From an uncultured Pseudomonadota bacterium (GTDB lineage: Bacteria; Chloroflexota; UBA5177; JAJPKF01): a stretch of 64,000 nucleotides of DNA. Numbering within the stretch: the stretch's first letter is position 1; each line of letters starts with the position of its first letter. A program made the translations under genes and the position numbers. Where the stretch lies: assembly GCA_963836045.1 (NCBI GenBank), contig CAWIIC010000014.1:2524-66523 (forward strand). The letters run 5' to 3'. This document shows, piece by piece, positions 19,322 through 28,809 of the stretch. Under the pieces are notes generated by a model that worked only from the letters and a program-made list of their open reading frames with translations, was not told the origin of the DNA and searched no databases.

Positions 19322-19350
19322 ATTAGTCGAATTTGCGAAAGGAACATGAC

Positions 19351-20250
19351 ATGACGGCACTGCAGACCGCCTCGGCACTCGATCTGACGCTCGCCGCCGA
19401 TGCCCTGGCTCGATGTCCCGACGTCGACCGCGCTCTAGAGGTGACGGGGGTGATCAAACGATTCGGAGGCGCGCAGAAACTCAGCCTCAAACGGAAGCCC
19501 AGCAAGCAGGTGCTGGCCCTCGACAACGTCTCTTTCAGTGTCAAGCGAGGCGAGATCTATGGCGTGCTGGGAGCGAATGGGTCCGGTAAGTCGACTCTGA
19601 TTCGCTTGCTGGCCACCCTGCTGTATCCGGACGCTGGACAGCTCAAGGTGTTCGACCTCGATGTGATGCAGCAGGCTGCGGAAGTCAAACGCTTGATCAA
19701 CCGTGTCTCAGTCGAGGCTTCACTCTTCAAGAAACTGTCGGCAATGGAGAACCTCACCTACGCGGCTCGCCTCTACAGCGTGGACATCCCCGCGGCCAGG
19801 AGGGAGATCTCCTCGATCCTTCAAGCCCTCGGGATCGCCGAGTCCCGAATCAAGCAGCCCGTCGAAAAAATGTCGCGCGGCATGCAGCAAAAAGTTGCGA
19901 TCGCCAGGGCGCTTCTCACCTCTCCCGTCTTGCTTCTGCTCGACGAGCCCACCACCGGACTTGATCCTCGTTCCAAGAAGGACGTCCAACACTTTGTCCG
20001 TCAACTTCGCGACACACACGATGCCACAGTTCTTCTCACTAGCCACGATATGGCGGAAGCGGACGCACTCTGTGACCGCCTCTCCATCATTCATCACGGC
20101 AGATTGATCGTGGAAGGAACACCACAACAACTCAAGGAGGCCCACCAATCACGTGAGGGTGGAACGCAACTTCCAACCCTCGAAGACGTGTTTATGGAGG
20201 TAACGGGCCGCAGCATCGACGACGAAGAAGAGGAAGCCGATGAAGAGTAG
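19351..20250 (+). CDS. ABC exporter ATP-binding subunit (DrrA-like)
   Basis: GANGSGKS, MSRGMQQK, LLLDEPT, SHDMAEA and PTLEDVF. Confidence 0.93.
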   Translation: MTALQTASALDLTLAADALARCPDVDRALEVTGVIKRFGGAQKLSLKRKPSKQVLALDNVSFSVKRGEIYGVLGANGSGKSTLIRLLATLLYPDAGQLKVFDLDVMQQAAEVKRLINRVSVEASLFKKLSAMENLTYAARLYSVDIPAARREISSILQALGIAESRIKQPVEKMSRGMQQKVAIARALLTSPVLLLLDEPTTGLDPRSKKDVQHFVRQLRDTHDATVLLTSHDMAEADALCDRLSIIHHGRLIVEGTPQQLKEAHQSREGGTQLPTLEDVFMEVTGRSIDDEEEEADEE

Positions 20251-20255
20251 ACAAA

Positions 20256-21146
20256 GTGACAACTGAACAAGTCACAAAAACTGAAAGGAGGACGTTTATG
20301 GTTGCAGCCCCGACCCTACCTCTCTGGCGAGAGGTCAAAGCCTCATACGCGCTGGTTGAACGCAATGTCAATCTCTCTAAGCGCTACTGGGGCTGGGAGA
20401 TCGCGTTCCTGGTGTACACCATCGCCCAATCCATGGCGATCGTCTACATGGCGGAAGCCGTTTCCGGCGTGGCCGGCGTCACCCACCATCCGATCAACGT
20501 GAAGCCCCTCGTTCTCTATCTCGCGATTGGGACGCTGGTGTGGTCCTACATGGCCGCGCTCTTCATGGCGATCGCCGAGAGCGTGCAGTGGGAGCGCTGG
20601 GAGGGGACAATCGAATACACGCTGATGGCGCCTATAACGCGCTTCACCTACGTTCTTGGCTCGTGCCTGTTCGCGGTGATCTACGGCTTGATTCGAACCT
20701 CCTTCGTGGCCCTCGCGCTCGTCCTCGCCTTTCAACTCTCGCCAAACTCCGCCGGGATTCTGCCGGCCCTGTTAATAGTGGCAGTCGGCAGCGTCAGCTT
20801 CGTCGGCATCGGCATTATGGCGGCTACACTACCCCTTCTCTTTACCGAGAAGGGCGCTCAGATGACGTACGTAATCGAAGCAGTGCTCCTGCTGATCTCA
20901 GGTGTGTACTATTCAGTTTCCGTGCTGCCGAGAGGGATTCAGCTCTTCTCATATCTCTCACCGGCCACGTACATATTGACCGGCACTCGCACGATGCTCC
21001 TAGGGCACGTGACGGGCTCCGCGCTCATGCACTCGCTCATCCCGCTGATCATCATCGGCATAGTCACGGTCCCACTTGGCATGTGGCTGTTCGGCTGGGC
21101 AGAAAACTTCGCGAAAAGAACTGGAAGGCTAAAGCGATCGGGATAG
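20256..21146 (+). CDS. ABC-2 type permease
   Basis: ERWEGTIE, SGVYYSVSVLP and SPATY motifs, with about six TM segments. Confidence 0.9.
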   Translation: MTTEQVTKTERRTFMVAAPTLPLWREVKASYALVERNVNLSKRYWGWEIAFLVYTIAQSMAIVYMAEAVSGVAGVTHHPINVKPLVLYLAIGTLVWSYMAALFMAIAESVQWERWEGTIEYTLMAPITRFTYVLGSCLFAVIYGLIRTSFVALALVLAFQLSPNSAGILPALLIVAVGSVSFVGIGIMAATLPLLFTEKGAQMTYVIEAVLLLISGVYYSVSVLPRGIQLFSYLSPATYILTGTRTMLLGHVTGSALMHSLIPLIIIGIVTVPLGMWLFGWAENFAKRTGRLKRSG

Positions 21147-21454
21147 ATCCAGGGAGGGCCCTCATTGGCCTGCCCGGCTCCCGACGTCCGGAGCTTGCTC
21201 CTCCAATTAGGAGCGGGCTCCGGCGCCCCTTCCTCCACGTCATCGCTTGCGCATGTTCACGCCGCACTCGGCGGCGAAATCGCTTTCGTTCTACCACTCC
21301 GCTATTCCGTACAGCCGCCGTCCCTCGGCCGGGGTGCAAAGAGACATACACACTCCATCGAAATCGTGCCCTTACTGTTGAATTTGCCCCTTCATTCTTG
21401 GGCGAGCTCAGAACTAGACTAATGAGAAGCGTGCACACCAGAGGAGTTCTTCAG

Positions 21455-21772
21455 ATGTGGCAGTCGCAGAATCCCGGCTTCAAGCTTCCCGATAGCCTCG
21501 CCGACAAGACCCCACCGTCAGCAGCCACCGAGTGGGCGGCGGGACTGGGGTTGTCGGTGTTCCTTGTCGGCATGGTTGGCCTTCTATTGCTTTTTCACTC
21601 GATTCATCTGCTCAACGGCTACCTACTCGGCGTGGCCATCGTCGTTCCGGGCGCGGCTGCAGGCCTGCTGGTCCGCTATCTAGTCTCGCCTGACGAGTTG
21701 TCCGAGGCCCAAGCGATGGACCGCCCCGTGCTCGCTCCAACAGGGATCAATTGGATTCTGAGGCGTCCGTAG
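21455..21772 (+). CDS. Small two-TM membrane protein
   Basis: GAGGAG RBS before the ATG and two hydrophobic helices. It is the 3' end of track ORF 20540-21772. Confidence 0.55.
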   Translation: MWQSQNPGFKLPDSLADKTPPSAATEWAAGLGLSVFLVGMVGLLLLFHSIHLLNGYLLGVAIVVPGAAAGLLVRYLVSPDELSEAQAMDRPVLAPTGINWILRRP

Positions 21773-21876
21773 CAGCGCCGGACGTTTGGTGATAGACCGA
21801 ATACCGGTGACCGTCCATCGGTTCTCCGCCGGGCGGCACGGCGTCGGCCGATGGTGAGTCTGATTCTGGTTATTGG

Positions 21877-22416
21877 ATGATCGGATCTTTGAATCTGGTT
21901 CTTGTCACAGGTCCGCCGGGAGCCGGGAAGTCTGCCGTCGCCACTCCGTTGGCCCGTCAGCTCGGATTCACCCTGATGGCCAAGGACGCCATAAAAGAGG
22001 CGCTCGACGATGCCGTGCATCCCGGGACGAGAGATCTCGAATGGTCTCGAGTCGCCGGTGCCGCAACATTCCAAGCGATGTGGGCTTTGGCGCCATACTT
22101 CTCCGATCTGGTTCTGGAGTGCAACTTTCGCCCACTCGATCCAGGTCAGAGAGAACGGCTGATAGGCCTGGCACCCAACCCCGTAGAGGTATATTGTCGC
22201 TGCCCCTTGGAGGTGGCGCGCACCAGATATCTCACCCGCGCCTCTTCACGCCACCCGGTACACGTTGCCACGACCATATCTGAAGAAAAGCTTCGCGAGT
22301 TCGACCGCCCCCTTGCTCTTGGACCGGTCCTAGAGGTTGATACTACCCAAGCCGTAGATATCCCGAGTCTATGCGTCCGCGTTGAGAGCTACCTCCGGGC
22401 AGTAACCGCAGCATGA
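21877..22416 (+). CDS. AAA_33-type P-loop kinase
   Basis: VTGPPGAGKS, KDAIKE, LECNF and EVDTT. Confidence 0.85.
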   Translation: MIGSLNLVLVTGPPGAGKSAVATPLARQLGFTLMAKDAIKEALDDAVHPGTRDLEWSRVAGAATFQAMWALAPYFSDLVLECNFRPLDPGQRERLIGLAPNPVEVYCRCPLEVARTRYLTRASSRHPVHVATTISEEKLREFDRPLALGPVLEVDTTQAVDIPSLCVRVESYLRAVTAA

Positions 22417-22509
22417 GTGTTGGCCTGGACATGCCACGCCAGGCCGGAAAGATCATCCGGTCGGACGGCGCGACGCGGGAGCGAATATCCAGAGGAGTCG
22501 CACCGGGGC

Positions 22510-23349
22510 TCACCCTTGCTTGGCAGCGCCCGCCCACGCGTGATCCGGATCGTCTGTGAAGCGCCATTCCCGAATCGGTCCCGCCATGACGTTCAGATAG
22601 TATCCGGTGTATCCCGGAGCAAAGACGGCGGGATGGTAACCGCGAGGAACGAGCACGAGGGTACCATCTTCGATTAGTAGAATCTCGTCGATGTCCCGGC
22701 TGGCCGAGTAAATGCGCTGAAAGCCGAACCCGGTCGCGGGGTGGATCCGATGGTAGTAGGTCTCCTCCAGATACGTTTCGGTGGGGTAGTTCTCGGTGTC
22801 ATGCTTGTGCGGCGGGTAGCTGGACCAGTTCCCCGGCGGGGTGATGCATTCGACCAGAAAGAGATGCTCCGCCGGTCGGTCGGCCTCCAGCACGTGACGA
22901 ATCAGCCGGGTGGCGTTGCCGTGGCCCCGCGTTTCCTCCACGATGTCGTCGGGCGTGACCAAGTATGCTTCAGCGCCCGTCACTGCCAGCGCACCGGCGC
23001 GAGCCACCCAAGCCTCGGTCTCAGCGGTTAGGTTGAACCTGCTGCTGGGCGGAAGGTACACGACAAACGGATTGCCTTCGAAGACCGTGCTGCGTCGTCC
23101 GATGTCGCGCCAGATGCCCTCCGAGGAGTCTACGGTGATTCGCCCGGAAAGAACTACAAGGCCGATCTCCTCGTCCTCGGTTGAGTCATCAAAGACCTGC
23201 CCGGCAGACAGGTGAAGCACTTTGAAGCTTATATACTTCCACCCCGCTTCCTGCCGCGACAAGGACAACACCACGTCGCTCTCATCTCCGCGAGGTCTGA
23301 CCCGTAGCGAGCTCCTGATCGCCTCACTCCCCCTCTCATCCACGGCCAT
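22510..23349 (-). CDS. iolB: 5-deoxy-glucuronate isomerase
   Basis: GNWSSYPPHKHD, LEETYYH, VPRGYHP and YYLNVMAGP. Confidence 0.95.
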   Translation of the reverse strand: MAVDERGSEAIRSSLRVRPRGDESDVVLSLSRQEAGWKYISFKVLHLSAGQVFDDSTEDEEIGLVVLSGRITVDSSEGIWRDIGRRSTVFEGNPFVVYLPPSSRFNLTAETEAWVARAGALAVTGAEAYLVTPDDIVEETRGHGNATRLIRHVLEADRPAEHLFLVECITPPGNWSSYPPHKHDTENYPTETYLEETYYHRIHPATGFGFQRIYSASRDIDEILLIEDGTLVLVPRGYHPAVFAPGYTGYYLNVMAGPIREWRFTDDPDHAWAGAAKQG

Positions 23350-23454
23350 ACAACCTCGCTAGCTCCCCAAATCGTCCCATGGCTTGTTACTGCTGACTGA
23401 CGATTCAGTATGTATGACGTACGTGGGATCAAGAATGACCTGTAACGTAGGGTT

Positions 23455-24453
23455 ATGAAACTTGGCGTCGGAATCGTCGGTGTCGGAGCAATGGGCCGCC
23501 GGCATGCCGAGAACATTCTCGCACTCGGCCACCGCGCTACTCTCGTAGCGGTCGCCGATACGGATGAGGCAACCGCGCGCTCGGTCGGCGCGGCGTACGA
23601 CGTTCCGTGGTCCAGGCACCCGGACGACGTGTTCTCTCGTCCTGACATCCAGGCGGTGGTCATAGCCACTGGCGTCAACAGTCATGCGGAGCTGGTCCGT
23701 CAGGCTGCTGGTCAAGGGAAGGACATCCTGTGCGAGAAACCGCTTGCCCTTACCCTAGACGACGCCGAGAAGGCAGTGGCGGCCGCTCACCGCGCCGGCG
23801 TCCGGTTGCAGATCGCGTTTATGCGTCGCTTCGACCCCGCGTACCATCAGGCATACGAGGCGATACAGCGCGGCGATATCGGAACTCCGCTGGTGCTGAC
23901 GGCTATAAGTCGCGACGCCGCCCCACCGCCTCGCTCGGACTTTCTCAAGTACAGTGCTGCCGGGGTCTTCATAGACTCCGGTAATCACGATTTCGATCTG
24001 GCTCCCTGGCTCATGCAGGATGAAGTAGTCGGAGTATCCGCCTCGGGCGCGGTGGTCGCCAGTCACGATTTGACTGACGTCCAGCCAATCGATGTCGGTC
24101 TGGCCACACTTGAGTTTCGGAGCGGCGGACTAGGCAGCCTCCAGATATACCGCAATGCGGTATATGGATACGACGTTCGAACCGAGGTGCTCGGGACGGA
24201 CGGCGCGGTGATGATCGGCGATACCGCCAGGCAGGGTTACCGGATCATGCACCGTGGGCGCTCGACTCAGCAGCTCACTACACATTGGCTCGATCGTTTT
24301 GCCGACGCCTATCGTCTGGAGATGGCCGATTGGGTCGAGCGAACCATAGCTGAACGGCCCCCCGCTGTTCCAGGGGAAGCCGGCGTTCGCGCGGTCCGGC
24401 TCGCCCTTGCCGCGGAGCAGGCCCGGCTTTCCGGAAAGGTGGTTCGAGTCTAA
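23455..24453 (+). CDS. Gfo/Idh/MocA oxidoreductase (inositol dehydrogenase-like)
   Basis: GVGAMG, CEKPLA, FMRRFDP, HDFD, YGYDVRTEV and RFADAY. It is divergent from iolB. Confidence 0.88.
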   Translation: MKLGVGIVGVGAMGRRHAENILALGHRATLVAVADTDEATARSVGAAYDVPWSRHPDDVFSRPDIQAVVIATGVNSHAELVRQAAGQGKDILCEKPLALTLDDAEKAVAAAHRAGVRLQIAFMRRFDPAYHQAYEAIQRGDIGTPLVLTAISRDAAPPPRSDFLKYSAAGVFIDSGNHDFDLAPWLMQDEVVGVSASGAVVASHDLTDVQPIDVGLATLEFRSGGLGSLQIYRNAVYGYDVRTEVLGTDGAVMIGDTARQGYRIMHRGRSTQQLTTHWLDRFADAYRLEMADWVERTIAERPPAVPGEAGVRAVRLALAAEQARLSGKVVRV

Positions 24454-24467
24454 CTGCGCAGCTGGTC

Positions 24468-24731
24468 CTATCCCTCGGCCGGCATACGCGCCGCCAGAGC
24501 CGAAAAGACGTCGGCATATTCTTGCAGGCGCTCCCGGTTAACCTGCAGCCGTGCTTCGTGGGAAGAGACATATTGCTGATAGAGGTCGCCGATCACCGCT
24601 CCCTGCGCGTGCACATTCAGCTGATCATTCTTCTCGTCGTGAATGATGATTCGATAGGTCATTTCCGGTTTGGGATGTGCCAGCTCCTTTCCCTTAATCT
24701 CCATGATCCGTGGCTTGTCGTTCGTCGTCAT
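24468..24731 (-). CDS. Small hypothetical protein
   Basis: GGAGG RBS before MTTNDKPRI and protein-like composition. Confidence 0.55.
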   Translation of the reverse strand: MTTNDKPRIMEIKGKELAHPKPEMTYRIIIHDEKNDQLNVHAQGAVIGDLYQQYVSSHEARLQVNRERLQEYADVFSALAARMPAEG

Positions 24732-24997
24732 GTCTTCCTCCACCCCCCTAGAAAGTGGGTGCTGGGCGCCGCTTGACACCATCTGCGAGCCCTCGGCTAC
24801 GCCAGCATCTTTGTCTGTCATCGAACCGTCATGCGCTTCGCATGTTCCTACAACGCGGCCAGTTCATGCTGAAAGTACGGACCAGACCCGACATTCTGCC
24901 ACGAAGCAGACTGCTTCTTTACTCCCTCTTCCTCAACCGGCCGGAGGATGCATTTTCTCCGGCCGGTTCCCTCTTTTCTGGTCTCCGTTCTCGATAT

Positions 24998-25084
24998 CTG
25001 ACCGCTTCGGCCTACCTCGATACGTCCGCTTTCGTCAAATCGATGGTGGCTGAGCCCGGCGTCGAGGGCGTCGTGCGGCCCTGA
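24998..25084 (+). pseudogene. N-terminal remnant of a VapC/PIN toxin
   Basis: AYLDTSAFVKSMVAEPG matches the PIN N-terminal YLDTSAxxK..EPG pattern, followed by an early stop. Confidence 0.55.
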
Positions 25085-25353
25085 CGTGGAGCAATCTGGG
25101 TCAATTCGAGCCCTCCCAACGGAGGTCAAATCGAGCAGTTCGCTACAATCTCGCGCGACACGTGTAAGGGACGGACGCATGCATACGATTTCGTGACTGG
25201 CTTGACAAATGAAAATCAAGGTTTGCCCCGGATTTACGGGGCAAACAGGGGATGGACCTCGCTTGATTGCCAAAATGTGAACGTCGCCACAAACTCGCGA
25301 ATTCGGCGGTTTTACGGGGAAAATAGACGGTAGTTTGCACCAGCGAACTATCC

Positions 25354-25383
25354 TTGACACACTTTTTTCCATCGTGATACGGT
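25354..25383 (+). promoter_or_regulatory. Putative sigma70 promoter of the NlpC/P60 gene
   Basis: TTGACA-N18-TACGGT with a TG extension. Confidence 0.45.
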
Positions 25384-25475
25384 TTCATTGCGTTTTGCGT
25401 GCTGAAAGCCTCTGGGCGGGGGATATGTAGCCCAAGCTCTTCAGTGCGGCCGATTATTACCTTCGGAGGTCGCAT

Positions 25476-26966
25476 GTGAGGACAAGATTTCTGCTTGTCG
25501 TGCTCATGGGCTGCTTAAGCCTATGTGCAATGCCGATCGCGTCCGCCCTCGCCAATCCGCTGCCCCTGGGCGGATCGAGTAGTGCGTCTGTCGCCGCCGT
25601 CTCGGGAAGTGCCGTTGTAGCGGAGGCCGAGCGCTATCTCGGCTATCCCTATGCCGAGACGGGAGACAGCCCTTCTACTGGATTCAGCTGCATCGGATTC
25701 GCGTGGTTCGTCTACCGTCAGTTGGGGATGACCATTCCGGGAACAGTCAACAGTGCCAGGTTCGCCTACCCCCAGGTGGCCGAGTCGCAGTTGCTGCCCG
25801 GAGATCTCGTGTTTTTCCAGGGAACATATGCCGGGCTCTATCCTGCCTCCCACGTAGGCATCTACATTGGGGGCGGCAAGATGATTAGCGCGGAGAACTT
25901 CAGCGTCGGCGTGAGGATCTCGTCTCTGCGCAACGATCCTTCCGAGGGAAGCTACTGGCAGGCGCACTACCTGTCGGCCAATCGACCCTGGACGGGGTCT
26001 GGTGGTTCGGTCAACGGCGGTGGCCGGCATGCTGGCAAGATAGTGAGCGTGTTGGTGCCCAGCCTCAACGTTCGGAGCGGACCATCGTACGCGTACGGTA
26101 TTGTTACGGTTCTCACGTCCGGCCAGCGAGTTCGAATAGAGGGCTGGCGTCCCGGATGGGTACGCATCAGGACGATGACCGGGACGCTGGGATGGGTGAT
26201 CCGTTCTGGTATTTCGGTCCGTCAGGGCGGCGGAGTACAACATCCGGCTCCGTCCAACAACGTACCCCGCAACCACGTGGCCGGTCGCGCGAGGCGTGCG
26301 GCCTGGGCTAAAGGTAAAACTATCTACGTGTACGGTCTCCGGGTCCACAGCGCCCCGTCGTTGTCGGCCGCCGTCATCGCGACGCTGTCTCGCGGGAACC
26401 GTGTTGGGGTGTTTGCCCGCTATGGCGCCTGGGACAAGGTCCTCTTAACCTCCGGAACTGTCGGATGGGCGATGGCTAGATACGTGGGTAGACACGTTGC
26501 TGCATCCGGGAGTCGCTCCGGAGGCACGTCCCGCCATCTCCCAGGGCATACCCTCCTTCGGACCGGAGTGAATCTGCGCAGCCGTCCCAATATGCAGGCG
26601 GCAATTGTAGCCGTGAGCAACGGATCCCCCGTCAGGGTGCTCCACTGGGCTTCCGGTTGGGCCGAAGTTCAGTTGTCTACCGGCGCCTCCGGATGGGTGT
26701 GGCGCGCATTCCTCGGCGGCTACCACGCTCGACACACGGGTCACGCGCGAACGTCCGGAAACGTCAGCGGACGCCGGACGGGTACCGGGGCACACGTTAC
26801 CGCCGGCGTACGCGTACACGCACGGCCTGGGCTCCGGGCGCGTGTCGTGGGGGTCATCGCGGCGGGTACGCATGTCACCATTCTGCGATCGCTCTCTGGA
26901 TGGGACTATGTCCGCTTGCCGAGTGGTGGCGCCGGGTGGGTTTACGCCGCCTACGTCGCCGGCTAG
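25476..26966 (+). CDS. Secreted NlpC/P60 peptidoglycan peptidase with four C-terminal SH3b domains
   Basis: Signal peptide, YLGYPY..GFSCIGF..PGDLVFF..HVGIY, and four (N/R)(V/L)(R/H)xxP...W..GW repeats. Confidence 0.9.
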   Translation: MRTRFLLVVLMGCLSLCAMPIASALANPLPLGGSSSASVAAVSGSAVVAEAERYLGYPYAETGDSPSTGFSCIGFAWFVYRQLGMTIPGTVNSARFAYPQVAESQLLPGDLVFFQGTYAGLYPASHVGIYIGGGKMISAENFSVGVRISSLRNDPSEGSYWQAHYLSANRPWTGSGGSVNGGGRHAGKIVSVLVPSLNVRSGPSYAYGIVTVLTSGQRVRIEGWRPGWVRIRTMTGTLGWVIRSGISVRQGGGVQHPAPSNNVPRNHVAGRARRAAWAKGKTIYVYGLRVHSAPSLSAAVIATLSRGNRVGVFARYGAWDKVLLTSGTVGWAMARYVGRHVAASGSRSGGTSRHLPGHTLLRTGVNLRSRPNMQAAIVAVSNGSPVRVLHWASGWAEVQLSTGASGWVWRAFLGGYHARHTGHARTSGNVSGRRTGTGAHVTAGVRVHARPGLRARVVGVIAAGTHVTILRSLSGWDYVRLPSGGAGWVYAAYVAG

Positions 26967-26979
26967 CACCAGTGCTTGA

Positions 26980-27009
26980 TACGGGAGCCGGCAATCGCCG
27001 GCTCCCGTA
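26980..27009 (+). terminator. GC-rich hairpin after the NlpC/P60 gene
   Basis: TACGGGAGCCGGC-AATC-GCCGGCTCCCGTA. There is no clear U tract. Confidence 0.55.
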
Positions 27010-27279
27010 GCTATCCTTCCGCGCTGCCGTGCACTGGCGGCCCCGTGTTTGTACGCGTCGGAGCTGTCTAGTACGCATCCGGGTCCGAAATAGGGTATAG
27101 GCCTTATAGCCGGGCGACGCCAGCGCGCTCTACTCTTGGGTGAGTGGTTCCCGCGCAGCGTCGGCGCCGTCCCCGTTTAGGTCCAGAACGCGTCGAGTCG
27201 ACGGAAGCAGGCAGTCTGCAACACGTATCGCGGGAACGATCCGGTTGACCGGCTCAAGGGATCGCTCCGAAGGAGGCTG

Positions 27280-27561
27280 ATGGTGTGCTTGGCAATTCCG
27301 GGAATGATTGTGGGCGTTGTAGATGCCGACCAACAGCTGGCCACGGTCGATGTTGGCGGAGTGCGCCGCACCATCAATACGTTCTTGATAAGTCAGGATG
27401 GTGAAGAAGTCGCGCCGGGGGATTGGGTTTTGATCCATGTAGGGTTTGCCATGTCGCGAATCGACGAGGCCGAGGCCGCGGCCACGCTCAGGATCCTCGA
27501 ATCGGCCGGGGACGCCTACCGTCAGGAGCTTTCGGATATCGCCGGGTCGAGGATCGACTAG
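27280..27561 (+). CDS. hypC: Hydrogenase maturation chaperone
   Basis: CLAIPG and GDWVLIHVGFAMSRIDE. Confidence 0.95.
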   Translation: MVCLAIPGMIVGVVDADQQLATVDVGGVRRTINTFLISQDGEEVAPGDWVLIHVGFAMSRIDEAEAAATLRILESAGDAYRQELSDIAGSRID

Positions 27562-27603
27562 CGTGACACTCGGAAAGCCTGGTCCGTCGCCGGCCGGACG
27601 GCC

Positions 27604-28719
27604 ATGAAATACGTCGACGAGTTCCGCAATGCCGAGATAGCTCGTCTCCTGTCCACTCGCATTCGCACTCGTCTGCCGGCCGGGCGCACGTACAAAGTGA
27701 TGGAAGTATGCGGCGGTCACACTCACACGATCTATCGCCACGGAATCTCCGACCTTCTCCCACCTGGGATCGAGCTGATCCACGGGCCTGGATGTCCCGT
27801 CTGCGTGATGCCAACCGGCCGTTTAGATATGGCAATGCACCTCGCCCGGTGTCCCGGCGTAATCTTCACGTGCTTCGGTGACATGATGCGAGTGCCGGGC
27901 TCGAGCGGGTCGTTGCTCGAGCTGAAGGCGGAGGGCGCCGACGTTCGATTGGTTTATTCGCCTCTCGACGCGCTCCGTATCGCCCGTGAGAACCCCACCC
28001 GTCAGGTCGTGTTCTTTGCCATAGGATTTGAGACCACGGCCCCTTCGACCGCCTTGACACTGCGCCGGGCACGCCTCGAGAAACTCGCCAACTTCACCGT
28101 GTTCTGCAATCACGTGCTGATTGGGCCTCCGCTCCGAGCCCTCCTCCAATCGCCGTCCACCGATCTTGACGGCTTTATTGGACCCGGTCATGTCTCGACC
28201 GTGATCGGCTGCCGGCCCTACGAGTTCATACCCCGTGAGTTCGACAAATCAGTGGTCGTGGCTGGATTCGAGCCCCTTGACGTCCTCCAAGCCATTGCAA
28301 TGCTCGTGGATCAATTCGCCTCTGGCCGCTCTGCAGTGGAGAACCAGTACAGTCGTGTGGTGCTTTGGGATGGGAACGCCGCGGCGGTTGCCGCGATGAC
28401 TGAGGTTTTCACCGTGAGACCCACGTTCGAATGGCGCGGTCTTGGATGTATTCCTGGATCGGGTTTGCGGATATCCGACGGGTACGCGGAATTCGATGCC
28501 GAGCGGCGCTTTGAGTTGCCGTTTGTTCGCGCCGAGGACCCGATGGAGTCCGAGTGTGGGGACGTGCTGAGCGGGTCCCTCAGGCCCGAGCGCTGTCGCG
28601 CCTTCGGGACCGCTTGTACTCCGGAGCACCCTCTCGGCGCGCTCATGGTGTCGTCGGAAGGCGCATGCGCCGCATATTACACCTATGGTCGAGCAAGACT
28701 GGAGCCGGCTAGCGCTTGA
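27604..28719 (+). CDS. hypD: Hydrogenase maturation factor
   Basis: MEVCGGHTH, HGPGCPVC, GFETTAP, PGHVS and MVSSEGAC. Confidence 0.97.
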   Translation: MKYVDEFRNAEIARLLSTRIRTRLPAGRTYKVMEVCGGHTHTIYRHGISDLLPPGIELIHGPGCPVCVMPTGRLDMAMHLARCPGVIFTCFGDMMRVPGSSGSLLELKAEGADVRLVYSPLDALRIARENPTRQVVFFAIGFETTAPSTALTLRRARLEKLANFTVFCNHVLIGPPLRALLQSPSTDLDGFIGPGHVSTVIGCRPYEFIPREFDKSVVVAGFEPLDVLQAIAMLVDQFASGRSAVENQYSRVVLWDGNAAAVAAMTEVFTVRPTFEWRGLGCIPGSGLRISDGYAEFDAERRFELPFVRAEDPMESECGDVLSGSLRPERCRAFGTACTPEHPLGALMVSSEGACAAYYTYGRARLEPASA

Positions 28720-28809
28720 AGTGGCGCTGCAGCGCTGATTCCCGGCCAATCTGAGCCGCGGGCGGGTTAGTGCCAGAATGAACCAAATCTTCCTATAGAA
28801 GGACCACGT

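Noticed and set aside
20540-21454. 410-aa ORF overlapping the ABC permease
   Set aside because: It is a shadow frame with Arg/His-rich nonsense composition. Only its 3' end looks coding.
28540-28680. Apparent loss of a [4Fe-4S] Cys in HypD (SEC instead of CxC; GALMVS)
   Set aside because: The same Cys spacing occurs in E. coli-type HypD as I recall it, so it is not unusual.
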